IMG/VR virus record: IMGVR_UViG_3300006793_000013
Source of the DNA: a virus
DNA length: 64,000 nucleotides
Direction: 5' to 3' (one strand)
The notes under the pieces were generated by a model that saw only the letters and a program-made list of their open reading frames with translations, ran no database searches and was not told the DNA's origin. This document shows, in pieces, positions 35,116 through 45,195 of the stretch; within the stretch, counting starts at the first letter, position 1, and the number at the start of each line of letters is the position of its first letter. The position numbers and the translations under genes were made by a program.

Positions 35116-35841
35116 ATGCTTAATATGAAGAGTAAAAGAAAACAATCTCACCACTCACAAAACTTCAACAACGTAATAAACATTAACGAAAAGACACGCA
35201 AACGTGTTGCTCTAACTCCCAAAAACAAAGCTCAAGAAATATACTTAGAAACGCTAAACAATGCTGATACACATATTGTATTTGCATGTGGACCAGCGGG
35301 TACAGGTAAAACTATGCTAGGTGTACAATGGGCTATTGATGCTTGGAAAGACGGAGATTTCGATAAAATTGTTATTACGAGACCTGCGGTTTCTGTGGAC
35401 GAGCAACATGGATTTTTACCAGGAGATCTTAACGACAAAATGGCTCCTTGGACAAGACCAATTTTCGATGTTTTTTCTGATAACTTCTGTCAACGTGAAG
35501 TGGAGCGACAGATGAGAGAAAGTATTCTTGAGATTAGTCCTTTAGCATATATGCGAGGGCGAACCTTTAAACACTCTGTAATTATTGCAGATGAAATGCA
35601 AAACGCTACGCCTAATCAAATGAAAATGCTTCTCACAAGATTAGGTGAAGGATCTAAGATGGTGGTAACAGGTGACTTGCAACAGGCGGACCGCCCTAGC
35701 AATAACGGCTTACTTGAGTTCCTTGGGTTATATAATAACTTCCGTAACCATCAATATGTTGATATATGTCAGTTCGACAAAACGCATATTGAAAGGCATG
35801 AAGCAGTAAAAGAGATTCTAGAGATCTACGGAGATCAGTAA
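35116..35841 (+). CDS. phoH: PhoH-family ATPase
   Basis: GPAGTGKT, ITRPAV, GFLPG, LAYMRGRTF, IADEMQN, GDLQQAD; start may be 35125. Confidence 0.95.
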   Translation: MLNMKSKRKQSHHSQNFNNVININEKTRKRVALTPKNKAQEIYLETLNNADTHIVFACGPAGTGKTMLGVQWAIDAWKDGDFDKIVITRPAVSVDEQHGFLPGDLNDKMAPWTRPIFDVFSDNFCQREVERQMRESILEISPLAYMRGRTFKHSVIIADEMQNATPNQMKMLLTRLGEGSKMVVTGDLQQADRPSNNGLLEFLGLYNNFRNHQYVDICQFDKTHIERHEAVKEILEIYGDQ

Positions 35842-35846
35842 AGTTT

Positions 35847-35868
35847 AGGGGAGTGTAAAAACTCCCTT
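35847..35868. terminator. hairpin between convergent genes
   Basis: AGGGGAGT-GTAAAA-ACTCCCTT stem-loop with U-rich flanks. Confidence 0.6.
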
Positions 35869-35980
35869 ATTCTTCTTGGAATCTATCGCGAAGTTGGTCT
35901 AAAAGATCAATAAGCTCATCTATGAGATTTTGATCCTCATCTCGAGCTGTGTCGACTTCTAATTCTATCTTGATTTTCAT
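35867..35980 (-). CDS. small acidic protein (37 aa, not in ORF track)
   Basis: [37 protein letters not shown]; start overlaps the ferredoxin stop. Confidence 0.5.
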   Translation of the reverse strand: MKIKIELEVDTARDEDQNLIDELIDLLDQLRDRFQEE

Positions 35981-36330
35981 TAGTCTATTTGTATAGCAGG
36001 TATTGCTTTAAATAATTTTGTTTTATCTTCTTTGTAGTTTTCTTTTGCAAAATCTACATAGTCTTCCATTGGCTCTTGTTCGTCTGTAATGTTTGGCCAA
36101 TTAGCATCATTTGAAAAATACTGGTTATGTTTAAACCATTTGTTTTCTTCATCGTCAGTTTGCCATATTGCATCTTCAGGACATTCAGGAACACATACAC
36201 CACAATCAATACATTCATCAGGATTGATTACAAGCATGTTTGCACCTTCGTAAAAACAATCTACAGGGCAAACACTTACACAAGTTGTGTGTTTACAGTT
36301 AATACATTTGTCGTCAACTACGTGTGTCAC
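35980..36330 (-). CDS. fdxA: FdxA-type ferredoxin
   Basis: [18 protein letters not shown] and [12 protein letters not shown] motifs. Confidence 0.9.
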   Translation of the reverse strand: MTHVVDDKCINCKHTTCVSVCPVDCFYEGANMLVINPDECIDCGVCVPECPEDAIWQTDDEENKWFKHNQYFSNDANWPNITDEQEPMEDYVDFAKENYKEDKTKLFKAIPAIQID

Positions 36331-36914
36331 GGTACCATTTTCTCCGGTAAACCATTAAATGCCATTGTAATCCTATCATTATCACCTGTATGTGGCAAAG
36401 TTAAATGCTGTACATAACTAGGAAAGATTATAACTTGTCCTGGCTTAGGTTCAATAGTAAAACTATCGTACATATAATCATTCGGTATTTCAATAGCTGA
36501 AAGGCTTCTAGCATAACAAGGATCCATAAACTTAGTATGCGCACCTTCTGTTAAGTAGAAGATACCACTAAAGTAAGCCATAGGATGTCTATGTTGACGC
36601 TGGTCACCACCTGATCCTTTAAGAGCCATATTAGCCCAAAGCCTTGTTAACTTTATATGTCCAAAGGCAGGATCGTATACTTCTTCTTTTTGTATTCGCA
36701 ACATGCAATCTTCTAGTTCGTCTTTTAGAAACTTCCAATGATCTAGTGTATGCAATACTTGATTGTCTGTTTGATTAATTGATGGGTAATGGGGATTTAT
36801 GTTATTAGACTCTTTAGGAATTAATTCAAGCGACTGTTCTACGCAGTGTGATAAATCAAACTCGTAAAAAGGAATCGGAAACATCATGTGTTTTGTAAGT
36901 GTCATACTAACCAA
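36327..36914 (-). CDS. 2OG-Fe(II) oxygenase-like protein
   Basis: [33 protein letters not shown]. Confidence 0.75.
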   Translation of the reverse strand: MVSMTLTKHMMFPIPFYEFDLSHCVEQSLELIPKESNNINPHYPSINQTDNQVLHTLDHWKFLKDELEDCMLRIQKEEVYDPAFGHIKLTRLWANMALKGSGGDQRQHRHPMAYFSGIFYLTEGAHTKFMDPCYARSLSAIEIPNDYMYDSFTIEPKPGQVIIFPSYVQHLTLPHTGDNDRITMAFNGLPEKMVP

Positions 36915-37147
36915 TTATATATAGCTCTTAATGCTAAAAGCAAATACATACCCTCCATTAATGCTCTTGGTATATCTTTATCTTTAATACCAAAGTAAAT
37001 CCACATTGCACAACTAACTGTAGCAACTGCCCAGCCTATCCATTGTGTTTCTGGATTAGCGTCTGAAAGAATAAAAGCAGCGATAATTGCAAGTAAGAAC
37101 CCAACCCACCTAGGACCATCTATGTCGTGGTAGTATCTTATCTTCAT
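36902..37147 (-). CDS. small multi-pass membrane protein
   Basis: 81 aa, three hydrophobic segments. Confidence 0.6.
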   Translation of the reverse strand: MKIRYYHDIDGPRWVGFLLAIIAAFILSDANPETQWIGWAVATVSCAMWIYFGIKDKDIPRALMEGMYLLLALRAIYNWLV

Positions 37148-38058
37148 AGTCTTGCTAACTTAATTAGTGTTGCAGCCAAGTTAATCTCAGGATCTGCAAC
37201 TAATGTATGATCTACTAAACCCTGTTTAATAATGATTACTGCTGTGTCTTGCTTTTCTTCTTCACCAAATATTTCTAAGTTGTCATACAGCCAACGATAA
37301 ATCTCTTCCATTTCTTCTGCACGTACTTTACCACAAAGTAGTTTACGTGCTTGTGTAATTTTACCTGCTTTAAATAGTTCGACCATTTCAAACTTCCAGT
37401 CAGCTTCTCCTTCGTCACCTTTAGTAGGAGAACTTAGTTTGCTGCCACTTACGTTTTGCTGTACCATATTAATACATTTACGCAAGTCTGGATACGAAAC
37501 TTTTACATAATTATCAAGTGTATCTAATTCAAACTCAATATTTTCTGTAACAAGAATAGTTGCAACTCTTGCAGTGAATTCTGTCTGATCAATTTTTTCA
37601 ATATGAAAGCCTTGACACCTGCTGTGAATAGCAGGAATAATTCTATTAGGATAGTTACACGTTAAAACAAATCTTGATGTGCTATGATATTCTTCCATAA
37701 CACCACGTAGTGCCGCTTGTGCGTTAGGCGACAAATAATCTGCCTCATCAAGTAATACAACTTTAAATGGACCAAACGGAATAGTTTGCACAAAACCTGT
37801 AATCTTATCTCGAATCTCATCAACAGAGTTATTTCTACTAGCATTAATTTCTAGTACATCATAACTTTCAATACCTAGTTCATTAACAAGCATCTTTGCC
37901 ATAGTAGTTTTACCAATGCCGGCTGCACCACTAAACAACAAGTGCGGAATACTCTCATCTTTAACCCATGCTTGTACTTGTGCTTTCTGATGATTGTCTC
38001 TAAAAACATAATCTTCAAGTTTCTTAGGACGATACTTTTCTACCCATAACTCTTTCAT
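37144..38058 (-). CDS. clamp loader AAA+ subunit (gp44/RFC-small-like)
   Basis: LWVEKYRP, GAAGIGKTT, LEINAS, LLDEAD, SRC, DLRKCIN. Confidence 0.92.
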   Translation of the reverse strand: MKELWVEKYRPKKLEDYVFRDNHQKAQVQAWVKDESIPHLLFSGAAGIGKTTMAKMLVNELGIESYDVLEINASRNNSVDEIRDKITGFVQTIPFGPFKVVLLDEADYLSPNAQAALRGVMEEYHSTSRFVLTCNYPNRIIPAIHSRCQGFHIEKIDQTEFTARVATILVTENIEFELDTLDNYVKVSYPDLRKCINMVQQNVSGSKLSSPTKGDEGEADWKFEMVELFKAGKITQARKLLCGKVRAEEMEEIYRWLYDNLEIFGEEEKQDTAVIIIKQGLVDHTLVADPEINLAATLIKLARL

Positions 38059-38465
38059 TCCGACTCCTTAATGCGTTTTCTCAAATTAGTTGTACTAAAT
38101 GAGTGTTGTCTTTTATTATAGTATATTTCTATGCCTTTGTCAACACATATTTGTTTGGCAGTAAAATCCTTTTGGCGATACTCTTCGCCAATAAAACGTA
38201 TATCTATTCCATATGTAAGAAAAATATCCGTTAAGTCTTTTTCAGATTCATAAGGAATAATTTCGTCAATATACTTACAACCTTCAAGTTGTACGTAACG
38301 CTCAAACACACTTTGGATTGGCTTATTCTTTTCTGGTCTATCAAGTGTTGGGTCTGTTTGCAAACCAACAATCATATAGTCGCAATTTGCTCTTGCTTCT
38401 TTAAGCATAGCAACATGTCCACTGTGGAACAAGTCAAATGATGATGCTGTAAATCCTCGTGTCAA
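38055..38465 (-). CDS. glycerol-3-phosphate cytidylyltransferase-like protein
   Basis: SSFDLFHSGH HIGH motif, IGEEY, FSTTNLR. Confidence 0.85.
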   Translation of the reverse strand: MTRGFTASSFDLFHSGHVAMLKEARANCDYMIVGLQTDPTLDRPEKNKPIQSVFERYVQLEGCKYIDEIIPYESEKDLTDIFLTYGIDIRFIGEEYRQKDFTAKQICVDKGIEIYYNKRQHSFSTTNLRKRIKESE

Positions 38466-38866
38466 AGATCACCTTCTTGCCTGTTTTCTGAATAGTGTAC
38501 GTCAAACTCACCACCCGGATAACGCTTCTTTAATTTGTTAACATTCTCTGCTATGACTTCATTAGGATCCAACCCCAATGCACGGCAACTATTGATCCAA
38601 TACCAAATAATATCCCCAAGTTCTCGTTTAGCATGAAACTTAGTTTCATCGTCCATAGGTTTACCTTGAAATATACATTTCTTAACAATTTCTGCAAATT
38701 CGCCTCCTTCTGATGCAATGCCAATAGCACCTGTCATTAATAATGAAATATTAACTTCGTCATTTAATTCATGCAAACGAGCTTGTGTATAAGCCCAATC
38801 GTTTGACTCTTCTGATGTTACTTCTTTTACAAAGTCTTTGTATTTGTTTAGATCTACTGTAGACAT
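38462..38866 (-). CDS. mazG: MazG-like NTP pyrophosphohydrolase
   Basis: SEGGEFAEIVKK and RELGDIIWY. Confidence 0.85.
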   Translation of the reverse strand: MSTVDLNKYKDFVKEVTSEESNDWAYTQARLHELNDEVNISLLMTGAIGIASEGGEFAEIVKKCIFQGKPMDDETKFHAKRELGDIIWYWINSCRALGLDPNEVIAENVNKLKKRYPGGEFDVHYSENRQEGDL

Positions 38867-38893
38867 CTATATTTCCTTTACTGTTATTGCTTT

Positions 38894-38922
38894 ATTATAT
38901 AATAGTACTTTATTGTTGTCAA
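38894..38922 (-). promoter_or_regulatory. sigma70-type promoter for mazG-clamp loader operon
   Basis: TTGACA-17-TATAAT. Confidence 0.75.
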
Positions 38923-38973
38923 CCCCTAAGGTAAATATTTTTAGCAGCATTCGCTGGACAAAAGGAGAATCCC

Positions 38974-39162
38974 ATGATTAAGAATCTTTCACTAAACCTT
39001 GAAGTAGGACAAGAAATCCTTGTCGGTAAAAATAATAAACGTGCTAGAATTACTAAAATCGAGTTCCATGAAAAGTCAGGGGAGATTACAATTAATACGA
39101 CACAAGGCCCTCGTAGAGCCTTGACATTTAGGTTAATGCCCGAAATACAATACGCTTATTGA
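38974..39162 (+). CDS. hypothetical protein
   Basis: 62 aa; TAAATA at 38932-38937 and AAGGAG SD. Confidence 0.6.
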   Translation: MIKNLSLNLEVGQEILVGKNNKRARITKIEFHEKSGEITINTTQGPRRALTFRLMPEIQYAY

Positions 39163-39563
39163 GCACCAAAGTCACCTGCGTCAAATGTAGCGGTGTCACC
39201 ATCGCTATAATGTTGTCCCCAATAGGCTAGTTCTGGTTCAAAGTCCTCGGTACCTACAGCGAGGATGGCGGACTTCTCAACCTTTTGTACCTCGATTTCA
39301 CCGCGATCGGGACAATCCACTTTGATCTTTCGTGTCCAACGACCATGCTCAATTAAGATCCAATCTTCTGATTTGTAGTCGTCTGTGTTTGTAGCACCTT
39401 TAGCATAAACTTTTGCCCAACGACATTTGACTCCGTGTGCTTTTGCATCATCACTTGCCATGATAATGCCGCCTTTAGTTACAGTTTCACCAAAGTGCAT
39501 GTTATATACTAACACGTCATCATGTAATGGTGTAAGTTTACCTTTGATCATCTTTGCCTCCAT
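39156..39563 (-). CDS. groES: GroES-like co-chaperonin
   Basis: LTPLHDDVLV, TKGGII mobile loop, AKVYAKG. Confidence 0.75.
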   Translation of the reverse strand: MEAKMIKGKLTPLHDDVLVYNMHFGETVTKGGIIMASDDAKAHGVKCRWAKVYAKGATNTDDYKSEDWILIEHGRWTRKIKVDCPDRGEIEVQKVEKSAILAVGTEDFEPELAYWGQHYSDGDTATFDAGDFGAQ

Positions 39564-41157
39564 AAATATGATTCTTCAAAAATTCGTAATGACTAGGAAG
39601 TTTAGAAACATAATCAATTACAAAGTCTCTGTAATCTTCATAACTGCGTTTCTGAAAATCTAGTTCTTCTAACTTAGTTACCCCGCCCCAGTACGGTCCT
39701 TCGTGTAAAACGATTTCTTTAGTTGCTTTTGGTTTTACACCCATACCAGCCGCTAAAAATAAAGAGGGCGGAAAGTCTGCTGCTCCACTATAGGTATTAC
39801 CTAATGTAACTCCGCCGATCAAAGATTGATATTGTGTGTTTCTTAAATTATAATTTTCGCCTACAAGTTCCGGACAATACTCGTGATACTCTGTTGCATG
39901 TTTCCAATAAGGAGTATCGTCACGCATTGAAAGAGCATAGTGAGTTGAAATAAAATCTCTAAATTTTAATACTTCTGATTCAACAGCGTAATTGAATCCT
40001 TCTTTCTCTGTTCTTGTTACCCAACCATTTCTTCTATTCAAACACTCTACTAACTTAACTAAGTTTTCATGCGTTGTTAGTAGTCCTGTAGATTCTAAAG
40101 GTTCTACAAAACCATAACTTAGTCCAATGCCAACAACGTTGCGTACCCAACCTCTACGTCTACGGCCATGCTTAATATTAATGTGAAACATTTCTGCATT
40201 GTCTGCACGTTCTTTTGAACCTGTTGTTTCTAGGTGTTTTCTAAATTCTTCTTTTGCTGCGTCAGCAGTTGTAAATTTTGATGAGTATACATACCCAGTA
40301 CCAATACGATTCCATAATGGAATATGCCATACCCAACCATTATCTAATGCATGACAGTCTGTGTAAGGGTGCATTTCTTTTTCAACATCTTCATAAGGTA
40401 CTCTACATGCCCAAGCACAGTCGTTTGCTAGATAATCATCAAATGACAAAAACTCTTGCTTCATTGCTTTTTCTAAAAGCATTGATTGAAATCCTGTACA
40501 ATCAATATAAAGGTCTGCTGATACTGTTTCTCCGTTATCTAATAAAAGACCGCTTATTTGATCGTCTTCCATATCAACGTGTACTACATCGTGATTTAAC
40601 AATGTTACGCCATTAGGCATAGCAATATTGTTTTTAAGATATTGTCCTAGTTTTGCAGCATCAACATGATATGCAGTATCCCATTTAAAACTATAATGTC
40701 TTAATTTTTCATCTGCATTTGTTGTGCCTTTGCACATATCAGAAAGATATGTGTTAGCGGTAGCATAAAATTTAGCGAATGTATCAGGAGTAAATTCATC
40801 TGGATATACAGTTGCTAACTCTGACCAAGCATCTATTCCGCCTGGTTTATCAGTCATATCAAAACCTAAACTAAAAGGATATTGAAAACTGGTACCGTCG
40901 TTCTCTCTAAAGTTTGTAAACCTGATTGAATTTTTGTATGTAGCATTACACTCTGCCATCCAGTCTTTATCTTCAAGACCTAGCAAATCTAAAAATTTTG
41001 TAATGTGACCGAGTGTACTTTCACCTACGCCTACAGTTTTTATGTTAGGTGATTCAATAATGGTTATGTCGATGTGTGGACATAGTTTAGACAGTGCGGC
41101 TGCTGACATCCACCCTGAACTTCCACCGCCGACAATCACCAATGATTCTACTCTCAT
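39538..41157 (-). CDS. flavin-dependent halogenase (PrnA-like)
   Basis: GGGSSG FAD motif, ATYKNSIRF, AYHVDA, IDCTGF, GWVWHIPL, FVEPLESTG. Confidence 0.88.
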   Translation of the reverse strand: MRVESLVIVGGGSSGWMSAAALSKLCPHIDITIIESPNIKTVGVGESTLGHITKFLDLLGLEDKDWMAECNATYKNSIRFTNFRENDGTSFQYPFSLGFDMTDKPGGIDAWSELATVYPDEFTPDTFAKFYATANTYLSDMCKGTTNADEKLRHYSFKWDTAYHVDAAKLGQYLKNNIAMPNGVTLLNHDVVHVDMEDDQISGLLLDNGETVSADLYIDCTGFQSMLLEKAMKQEFLSFDDYLANDCAWACRVPYEDVEKEMHPYTDCHALDNGWVWHIPLWNRIGTGYVYSSKFTTADAAKEEFRKHLETTGSKERADNAEMFHINIKHGRRRRGWVRNVVGIGLSYGFVEPLESTGLLTTHENLVKLVECLNRRNGWVTRTEKEGFNYAVESEVLKFRDFISTHYALSMRDDTPYWKHATEYHEYCPELVGENYNLRNTQYQSLIGGVTLGNTYSGAADFPPSLFLAAGMGVKPKATKEIVLHEGPYWGGVTKLEELDFQKRSYEDYRDFVIDYVSKLPSHYEFLKNHIYGGKDDQR

Positions 41158-41176
41158 GGTTTGTCCTATCTAAAAA

Positions 41177-41398
41177 TTACTTTTTTCTACTTACGATTTC
41201 TTCTTTGATTGCTCTTGGATTTTGCTTGTAGTAGTCTGATAGAACTTCTTCTCTTGTTCTAATAATCTTTCCACCTGGACCTAATTCGTCTCCACGTGCA
41301 TTTACTTTAGCATTTCCAACTGCTGGAAGTTCTTCATTTTTGAGATTAAGTTTCTCCATGTCAACTTCCTTACCTCTCATACTTCTTACTAGTGCCAT
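41177..41398 (-). CDS. hypothetical protein
   Basis: 73 aa; AVGNAKVNARGDELGPGG. Confidence 0.65.
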   Translation of the reverse strand: MALVRSMRGKEVDMEKLNLKNEELPAVGNAKVNARGDELGPGGKIIRTREEVLSDYYKQNPRAIKEEIVSRKK

Positions 41399-41871
41399 TA
41401 TATTTCTCCTTTAAAGAATTCGTTTAGTGGTATATTGTATTTAATACTATCTACCTTGTGTACTCCCATTAAATAGAGTACAAAACTAGCAACACTACTA
41501 CCTCTACCTACACCCCAAACAATATTCTTTTCTCTAAGTGTATCTATTATATATGCCATCTGTTTGAGCAACGGAAATAAATCTCGCTTCTCATACTCTG
41601 CTAGTTCTATATTTACCCTGTCTAATTCAGTATCATTGGAACATTTGGCTAACAAATATTGCTTAATGTCCATGTTTTGATATTTGTATGGAAGGAACCA
41701 ATTAGTAGAATCTATTGATGTTTTTGGAAGTGGATAGTCGAGAAACTCTTTTTCTATCTTGTTTTTGTACTTACTAAGATCATCAGCGCATACGCAATGC
41801 TCAAGTATGTCCGGGCCATACTTAACTATGCCTTTAATAAGTTGTTCAGTAGTATTAGTTTCAGTCCACAT
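41398..41871 (-). CDS. truncated DnaE (Pol III alpha)-like protein
   Basis: WGVGRGSSVASFVLYLMGVHKVDSIKY matches DnaE GPGRGSxxGSLVAYxLxITxxDP; ends before PDxDxD. Confidence 0.75.
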   Translation of the reverse strand: MWTETNTTEQLIKGIVKYGPDILEHCVCADDLSKYKNKIEKEFLDYPLPKTSIDSTNWFLPYKYQNMDIKQYLLAKCSNDTELDRVNIELAEYEKRDLFPLLKQMAYIIDTLREKNIVWGVGRGSSVASFVLYLMGVHKVDSIKYNIPLNEFFKGEI

Positions 41872-42094
41872 TAATCAGTTGATCCAAATCTTTCTCTTGT
41901 TCATCAAATTTCGCTTGTATTGCTCTCTGGCGAAGTTCATTTCTATATATTGTAACAAAAGTTTGAAGTTGTGTCAACAGTTGATTATTGCCTAAACGGC
42001 TCGCTTGGTAATATTTTTTGTTCAATTCGCTTAGTTTAAGCTCTACCTCAGAGGTAGTCATTTCGGATAAATCTTCTTCTAATGGGTGAAACAT
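41861..42094 (-). CDS. hypothetical coiled-coil protein
   Basis: 77 aa ORF in operon. Confidence 0.6.
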   Translation of the reverse strand: MFHPLEEDLSEMTTSEVELKLSELNKKYYQASRLGNNQLLTQLQTFVTIYRNELRQRAIQAKFDEQEKDLDQLINVD

Positions 42095-42095
42095 A

Positions 42096-42710
42096 TTAAC
42101 TAAATGAGCCTAAGTATCTCATGTATATGAATTCTTGGCTATGACGCCAAACTTCAACAAACACAGGATCTGTGTTAGAAGTTAATGTAAGTGATGCTGG
42201 AAAACTGCTATCTTTCTTAATTACAGTTCCGCCTGTAGTTGTAAATGTTACAGCTCTATCACCAACACCTGATGTATAAAGTTCCAAAGTTACTTTGCTA
42301 ACACCACTTTGGGCTGCTGTTTCTTCACCATTTGCAGGATCTCCAGCAAAGTTTGTAAACTGTAAGTTAAGAGCAGATGAAGCGTTAATAATAAAGTATG
42401 AGCCAGTTTGGTAATCAATCTCTGTTGTTGTACCTTCAACAAGTGGTACTGTACCCAAATTGTTAAGTTTATCTCTGTTATTTGCCATAACAGCTCTTGT
42501 AACTTGGTTAAGTTGAAAGTCATTAATGTATGCACCACCGCCTGGATTAGATAATCTAGCAGTAGTTGACTCAAGACTAGTAATTTCAGTCTTGGCTGTG
42601 TTTAAACTTGTTTTAATAGTATCGAAATTATCCCTGAATGTTTGGGTGTCGTTATCGGCACCTGCTACAGGAAAGTTTTCGTTTATGCTCAAATAATTTA
42701 TATTACTCAC
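42096..42710 (-). CDS. putative virion structural protein
   Basis: FPVAGADNDTQTFRDNF..IK resembles the N-termini of neighbouring baseplate genes. Confidence 0.55.
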   Translation of the reverse strand: MSNINYLSINENFPVAGADNDTQTFRDNFDTIKTSLNTAKTEITSLESTTARLSNPGGGAYINDFQLNQVTRAVMANNRDKLNNLGTVPLVEGTTTEIDYQTGSYFIINASSALNLQFTNFAGDPANGEETAAQSGVSKVTLELYTSGVGDRAVTFTTTGGTVIKKDSSFPASLTLTSNTDPVFVEVWRHSQEFIYMRYLGSFS

Positions 42711-45181
42711 GGTTTCTTTTCTCCACGTTGCGGGAATACAAAGTATTTATCCTCAATTTGCCCGTCAACTATATCTATGATATAGCGATCTGCAACAAAG
42801 TTAATAGTCTTGAAATCAAACGCTTTTTGTTTAATTCTAGCTATAATACTGTCGGCTTTCCCTGGTTTTGTATAGCATAATACTAATGCTTTAGTAAATC
42901 CAAGCTCAAAAGTGCTTGTTTCTTGTATACTTCTCATCCATAGAGGTAAAAACCCTCTATCTCTTTCCCCAACAGTTTGTATTCTCTTTCTCATGTTATT
43001 TACTGAATTAGGAAAAATTCTTTGATGATCTGAATCACTTACTAATGGAACATCACTATCAATACTAATACTGTCGTAACTTACAATGATTTTACTATTA
43101 ATATCATCTGGTAATTCTACTACTTGTGATATGCTTTTACCATTCTTTTCAAGATCGTCAATTATATCAACATATACAACTTCATACAACAATTCAGATG
43201 TAGTTGGGTCTTTTGCTACTGCTTTTTTAACATTACCAAACGTAAAGCGTTTGTTATAATGATTTCTTCCCATTGCAGAAACAAACAGTTCTGCTGTTTT
43301 ACTTTCAATACCAGCAAATAGTAATGCTGTTAATTCACTCTGTACTCCGTAGTTCTTATCACCATAACGATAAATGTCCTCTGGTTTAAAAACAGTAGAG
43401 TCAGTAATAAAGTTAAACCATGATAACCTTTTCTCTTTTGATTGTAATGCTCTAACATATATGTTTGAGAATACTGTTTGATTATCAGCAACTACTTTAA
43501 TTTTAAATTCTCTCAATGCTTCAGCAAAGTTTGCACCGTCTTGTGCTTTAACTGTAAATTTAAACTCTTTATCAAAAGATGATCGACCTTGATCAAACGT
43601 TAAACTAAAGTCTCGAGATCTAGTTGATGAATCTTCTCCAGCACTATCCTGCTCATAAAATCTAGTTAGTCCTAACCCTTTATCATCTTCAAATTGTTTT
43701 ACTTTACCTTGAATAAGTCCTGTAGGTAAAAATTCTAATCCTGCAGGTAAGTTTCCACTTTCAAGTGTGTATAAAATTCTGCCACCATACAATAAACTTT
43801 TTGCTTCGACATATAAGTTACTTGGCTCGTTAGGTTTAATAGTTCCTCTATCAGAAGGTGTAATCCATTCAATTGAACTTTCAACCTCACCAATGATGTC
43901 TATGTTGAATGTTCTTTCAACAGTTGAAACACCTGGTACCCAAAAATCAGTATCCGTAGGCAATCTATTTTGGTTCTCTACAATAGCGATGTAAATAATT
44001 CCATCATAAACAATTGCTTCGTTAACAGTATAAATTCTAGTACTACTCCAATTACCTACAAGTGTGTAATTAATTGTTGCTAAGTTTGCAGGAAAGTTTA
44101 CAGCTCTCATAGTGAACTGATAATTTTTAGTTACTGCTGCTTGATACGGAACTTTACCAGAAAGGTCTCCTGTTACAGTATCGAGAGTAAGACCGGGTGG
44201 TATAGTACTTGGAGTACCATCTGGATTATTTTCAACTAAGAAATAAGTTATTGTACCTGATAGTGTAGGTGGATCGTAAACATCTAAAGCAACAGTTACA
44301 AAGTTATTTGCTCTATATCTACCTAAGTAAGGATCTGTAATCCATAGTGGTTGTCTGTTACCACTATTATCTGCTTGGAATAAATTTGTATCAACTTGTA
44401 GTAATGTGTTGTCTGCTTTTAAAAATTCTTCAGTAACAACATAGATTTTAAATGTTCTATGTATAGCATTAATACCGTCAGTAACTGCAATACTAAATGT
44501 ATATTCTCTACTTAATTTTCTAGGTATTTGACTTCCTTCTGCATAGTCAAATCTTTGCGTATCGTAAAAGTATGTGTCAAAACCAGTTGATGTATTTTTT
44601 GCAATATCAAGTGGAACAGTATCAAAAGAATGTGTATCGTATGCTCCAGTGTTAGTTGAATTGTACTCTACAGCCTGCACAGGCTCCGTAAAACCGCTGA
44701 TCTTTCCTGTTTGGGACAATGACAAGCCCGGAGGTAAAAGACCGCTGTTAGGCACCATATAGTAGCTTAGAGTCTCCCCTGCTGTAAGATCTTTGTCTGT
44801 TGCCTGTAATTGAAAGTCTATTTTAGAATCGTCAAGTGCAAAGTATGCATCACCTTGCCCAACATTTAAATAACCTCTTTCTGTAATCCATTCTGGAAAG
44901 TCTGCTCCTGTTATAGACATACTAAATGTTCTATCCATACACCCACCAGTACCGTCATCAGCTCTGATAACAAATTTATTAGTTGTATGTTTTGTAACTT
45001 CTCCAGGTGCGCCTTTAATTACACCATCAGATAAAACACAACCTACAGGAAGTGAACCAGCAATTATAGAATATGAAATTGTACTAGAAGTATCAGTAGA
45101 CGCTTCTATTGGAATGTTGACTGTGATCCTTTCTTCGAAAGTACCTAGGTCTCCTGCTGGCGTAATCCAAGTAATTGCCAT
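42707..45181 (-). CDS. baseplate wedge-like protein with putative Ig repeats
   Basis: Repeated (S/A)GxLPxGL.L...G.I.G units and W.T..G.LG linkers. Confidence 0.65.
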   Translation of the reverse strand: MAITWITPAGDLGTFEERITVNIPIEASTDTSSTISYSIIAGSLPVGCVLSDGVIKGAPGEVTKHTTNKFVIRADDGTGGCMDRTFSMSITGADFPEWITERGYLNVGQGDAYFALDDSKIDFQLQATDKDLTAGETLSYYMVPNSGLLPPGLSLSQTGKISGFTEPVQAVEYNSTNTGAYDTHSFDTVPLDIAKNTSTGFDTYFYDTQRFDYAEGSQIPRKLSREYTFSIAVTDGINAIHRTFKIYVVTEEFLKADNTLLQVDTNLFQADNSGNRQPLWITDPYLGRYRANNFVTVALDVYDPPTLSGTITYFLVENNPDGTPSTIPPGLTLDTVTGDLSGKVPYQAAVTKNYQFTMRAVNFPANLATINYTLVGNWSSTRIYTVNEAIVYDGIIYIAIVENQNRLPTDTDFWVPGVSTVERTFNIDIIGEVESSIEWITPSDRGTIKPNEPSNLYVEAKSLLYGGRILYTLESGNLPAGLEFLPTGLIQGKVKQFEDDKGLGLTRFYEQDSAGEDSSTRSRDFSLTFDQGRSSFDKEFKFTVKAQDGANFAEALREFKIKVVADNQTVFSNIYVRALQSKEKRLSWFNFITDSTVFKPEDIYRYGDKNYGVQSELTALLFAGIESKTAELFVSAMGRNHYNKRFTFGNVKKAVAKDPTTSELLYEVVYVDIIDDLEKNGKSISQVVELPDDINSKIIVSYDSISIDSDVPLVSDSDHQRIFPNSVNNMRKRIQTVGERDRGFLPLWMRSIQETSTFELGFTKALVLCYTKPGKADSIIARIKQKAFDFKTINFVADRYIIDIVDGQIEDKYFVFPQRGEKKP

Positions 45182-45195
45182 TTAGAATTTGCTCC

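Noticed and set aside
41398-41871. Pseudogene or intein-split dnaE
   Set aside because: No flanking dnaE remnants or intein motifs; the ORF is cleanly coupled to both neighbours
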